A stretch of DNA of 64,000 bases from Chrysomallon squamiferum (lineage: Eukaryota; Animalia; Mollusca), in assembly GCA_012295275.1 (NCBI GenBank), contig CM022669.1, positions 13,826,001-13,890,000 of the forward strand. The letters are read 5' to 3'. The notes beneath the pieces were generated by a model, which worked only from the letters and a program-made list of their open reading frames with translations, searched no databases and was not told the origin of the DNA. Positions 31,060 to 64,000 of the stretch are shown piece by piece. Every line of letters starts with the position of its first letter. Positions within the stretch are counted from its first letter, which is position 1. A program made the translations under genes and the position numbers.

Positions 31060-33155
31060 TCAACTTTTAGAAGAAAGCTGCTGCTTTGATACATCCAGAA
31101 TTGTTGAAACAATTGTAGAAACCTCAGCCATGGCTCCATATCCTGAAACATCAAAACTGTTTTTTTATCTATTGTTCTGAAATATTGTGTGTGTGTGTGT
31201 TGTGTTCGAAGATACTTCTTTAGTGATTCATTACTTGTTTATGTTTTAAAAGACCATTAAGAAAACAGTTTTCATTCAAAAAATAACAAATAAAAAGTGA
31301 TTTAAGAATTATTTTTGTTTTGCATAGGGCCATTCAGCCTGAACAAATACATTATAAGTTCAATTAGAAGATTCATCATATACTTTTATTTTTCTCTTTT
31401 GTTTTTAAAAAAAAAAGGAAAAAGAAGAAAAGTGATTATACTGATCTAGATAAAACTTTGAAAATGTAATAAATGATTAAAATAAATAAAAATAAATAAT
31501 AATAATGAACTATTGTTTCATCTGCAGTCTTAAAAATGTATAATTTATAAGATTCAGTATTTTGTTAAAAGGCAAATGAATATTATTTAATAAAAGTTAA
31601 GAAAGAAAAAAGAAAGAATGAATGTACAGTCTTTTGGAATGCCAAGATAAATGACAGTGGATTCTCAATAATATACTGTTATCATAGATTACTTAAAAAA
31701 AAATTAATAATAATAATAATAACAATAACAATAACAACTGCAAAAACAGCAGCAACAATAATAATAAATAAAAAATGAAAAAAAAAAAGATTGTTATGTG
31801 TAAAACTGCAATAAATAAACAAATGAATGACTGAATTTTTAATAACACTAAATAACTTCAGCTACTCGATAGATGTCAAATGTTCTGTAAATAATAAAAT
31901 ATTCATTTAACTATAACACTATTATGGTGAAAACGATATTTACCTAAGTCACCACAAGCTAGAGCTTTCTTAGTACAGGGAATTTCTCTGTAACCAAAGC
32001 CAGTAAGAATGTCTATTTGCTGCTTTGTCAGTGGATGCTCCCACATCAATGTGTTCATTGCTGGAGCAAACAGTAGAGGGCGCTTTAAATCCCAAGCTCG
32101 AACAACACATGTCTGTTATTAAGACAAAAAAACAAACAGAAAAAGGTCAAATTACTACATCCTTATGATTACATAAAATCTGTCAAGACCTTTACACACT
32201 TCTATTACTATATGTATATAAACTGATCACTGCCACAGTTTACAGTCACTCTAGAGAACGGATTCAGTCTCTGAGATGAGAACCACTGCCCAATGCAATT
32301 TAATGTCCAGTTTGAGAAAATATCATTTACATGACTCTGAATTCAGAATTTCATACCAAACATTCATTGTGTAGTTATGATTAATAACTGTGGTATGTAT
32401 ATAAATAAACTGTGTATGTGTGTGTGTGTGTGTGTTTGTGTGTGAGTGAGTGAATAAACTAAAACGAAATTTAAAAATCTTAAAAACAATTCAGTTTCTG
32501 AACTCATACAAGGTATGTTCAAAACAAAATAAAACAAAGGTTCTGAAAACAAATTCAAATTCAGCAAAAATGGGAACCAAACAACGTAAAAGTTTTATTA
32601 TTAATTACATATAACAATTCAACAAAAACAATAAATAAATAAATAAATGGTAAATATGAGAGAGAAAAGAAAAATATCAACATTACCAGTATGCTGGTAA
32701 AAAAATAAAAATAAAAATAAAAAAAATAAAAATGATAAGAATGAAAAACAAGAAGGACAACTGCATTACAAGTAGATTGTCACAGATTCCATGACTCATT
32801 TTGGCTAGTGTATTTGCATCAAGAGGAGCTATGACCATCAAGTTGGCCCAGCGCCGTAGTTCAATGTGAAGGATAGGATCGGATTTGTTCTTACAGCACC
32901 GCTAAAACAAACAAAAAAATCATTCACAGCTATAAATAAACTACGATGTATTCAAATATAGACTAAATGAGTCAATGCTTAAATTAAATATTATTTATAT
33001 AACATTTTGCCGTTAAATAGATAATATCAATCAATCAATTTAAAATATAAATATAATATGACCAGGGTTAGATTTTTCTCTTTATTTTTTATTTTTTATT
33101 TTTTTTCTCATTCTTTTATTATTATTATTGTAACTTTTATTATTATTATTATAAC

Positions 33156-33195
<40 letters not shown>

Positions 33196-33596
33196 ATAAA
33201 TATATCAAGATTTTACTGAGTTATTACCTCCCATTCATGTTTATCCAACAAGACTGGAACAGGCAGCGAGTCTGGATTAAAGAAATGAATTGCATTCTCT
33301 GTAGCTACTACCTTCACTTCTGGCTGTCAAATAAAAACTGAGTTAATCCAACTATATATCCTTCCACTCTTAAAAACATTTCAGTCAATTTGTTGTGATT
33401 TATAAGTAAATATTTGTTATCATCATCTCAAAACTGAATGATGTAAAAAAATGATGTTGCATTTTAGCTCAAAATGGATGCTAAATGCAATTATCCACAT
33501 TACTGGATATGACATATTAAATCACATGAATACTGAAATGTTTTATTAATTATTAGTATATTTCTGACCACTTATTAAATTTTACAAATAATCAAA

Positions 33597-33629
<33 letters not shown>

Positions 33630-33846
33630 GATAAATTTTTAAAAATAATTAATAATTTTCTTGTTTCTTCTGTCTTTTAATCTCAAATTATGAGTAAATA
33701 CTGTCTTAATTAATATTTATAATTATTCAGAATATAAAATAATACAAAGCCATGACTGCCTTTAAATCACTGGCAAGCAGTTCGTTCACAAGATTTGGGA
33801 TTTTGATAGCCGCAACACTTCCCGTACATCCAATAAGAATTTTCAT
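31060..33846 (-). CDS. PPCDC: Phosphopantothenoylcysteine decarboxylase (HFCD flavoprotein, CoA biosynthesis), ~188 aa
   Basis: Minus-strand exons 33846-33760, 33323-33228, 32901-32770, 32112-31944, 31142-31060. They translate to MKILIGCTGSVAAIK..., DPILHIELRRWANLMVIAPLDANTLAK..GICDNLLTCVVRAWD..RPLLFAPAMNTLMWEHP...LACGDLGYGAMAE. The catalytic His, Cys and PxMNxxMW motif are present. Not in the ORF track because the exons are short. Confidence 0.96.
31185..31550 (-). repeat. Inverted copy of the lectin downstream spacer (~29720-30260) inserted in PPCDC intron 4
   Basis: The reverse complement contains agactgcagatgaaa, aaacaaaagagaaaaa, ttctaattgaac, caggctgaatggccct and gaagtatcttcgaacaca in the same order as the spacer, with an internal deletion. 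Confidence 0.85.
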
Positions 33847-34312
33847 CGTTTTATCCGAATTTACGTTCACATCTCTGATCTCATCTAGTTTTCTGTCACA
33901 TATTATTAATTAATTGTTATATAAATAGTTCATCATTTTGTTATTAACTTAAATTATGGGGAAAAAATAAAAATAAAATTAGATTATGTAAAGTTTTGTT
34001 ATTAATTTAATCCACACAACAATCTTTGAACGTAACTTTGTATTTTAACAACGAAAAGTTATTTCCCTTAGTCCTAACAGTAACACGGAAATAGTATAAT
34101 CTCGAAATACTGATAAAATATGCATTACTACGAAAACTGTTTAATTCATTTAAAAAAATAAAACTGCTATGTCTTTCAACAGTTAGTTTTAGTAACTTTT
34201 GAAAAAGACAAAAAAGGTTTCTCTATACATTTAAAAATAAATAAATAAATAAAAAATATTCATTGTTATTAGTCTCGTTTAACGAAGACGCTTCAGCGAG
34301 AGAGACTAAAAT
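33847..34312. promoter_or_regulatory. Probable bidirectional promoter between PPCDC and NBAS
   Basis: The divergent start codons are separated by only 466 bp, and CpG is locally more frequent than in the flanking introns. Confidence 0.7.

Positions 34313-64000
<29,688 letters not shown>

Overview
AT-rich, microsatellite-dense, intron-containing animal DNA, most likely from a mollusc (inference). 1-30 kb: five head-to-tail, ~6-6.7 kb copies of a 5-exon gene for a secreted fibrinogen-related lectin (signal peptide + PAN/Apple-like domain + fibrinogen C-terminal domain). Copies 1, 4 and 5 are intact; copy 2 has lost most of exon 2 (in-frame stop); copy 3 has a 1-bp frameshift. Variation is concentrated in the ligand-binding P subdomain, and the copies are patchworks of each other. 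31.1-33.8 kb (minus): a complete 5-exon PPCDC gene. Its last exon was co-duplicated with the lectin gene and survives as two spliceable antisense copies inside the array. 34.3 kb to the end (plus): the first ~50 exons of NBAS, head-to-head with PPCDC. NBAS carries a Tigger/pogo-type MITE, a GC-AG intron, a scrambled decoy exon and one apparent 1-nt frameshift that is probably an assembly error. All gene models were read by hand; no searches were run.
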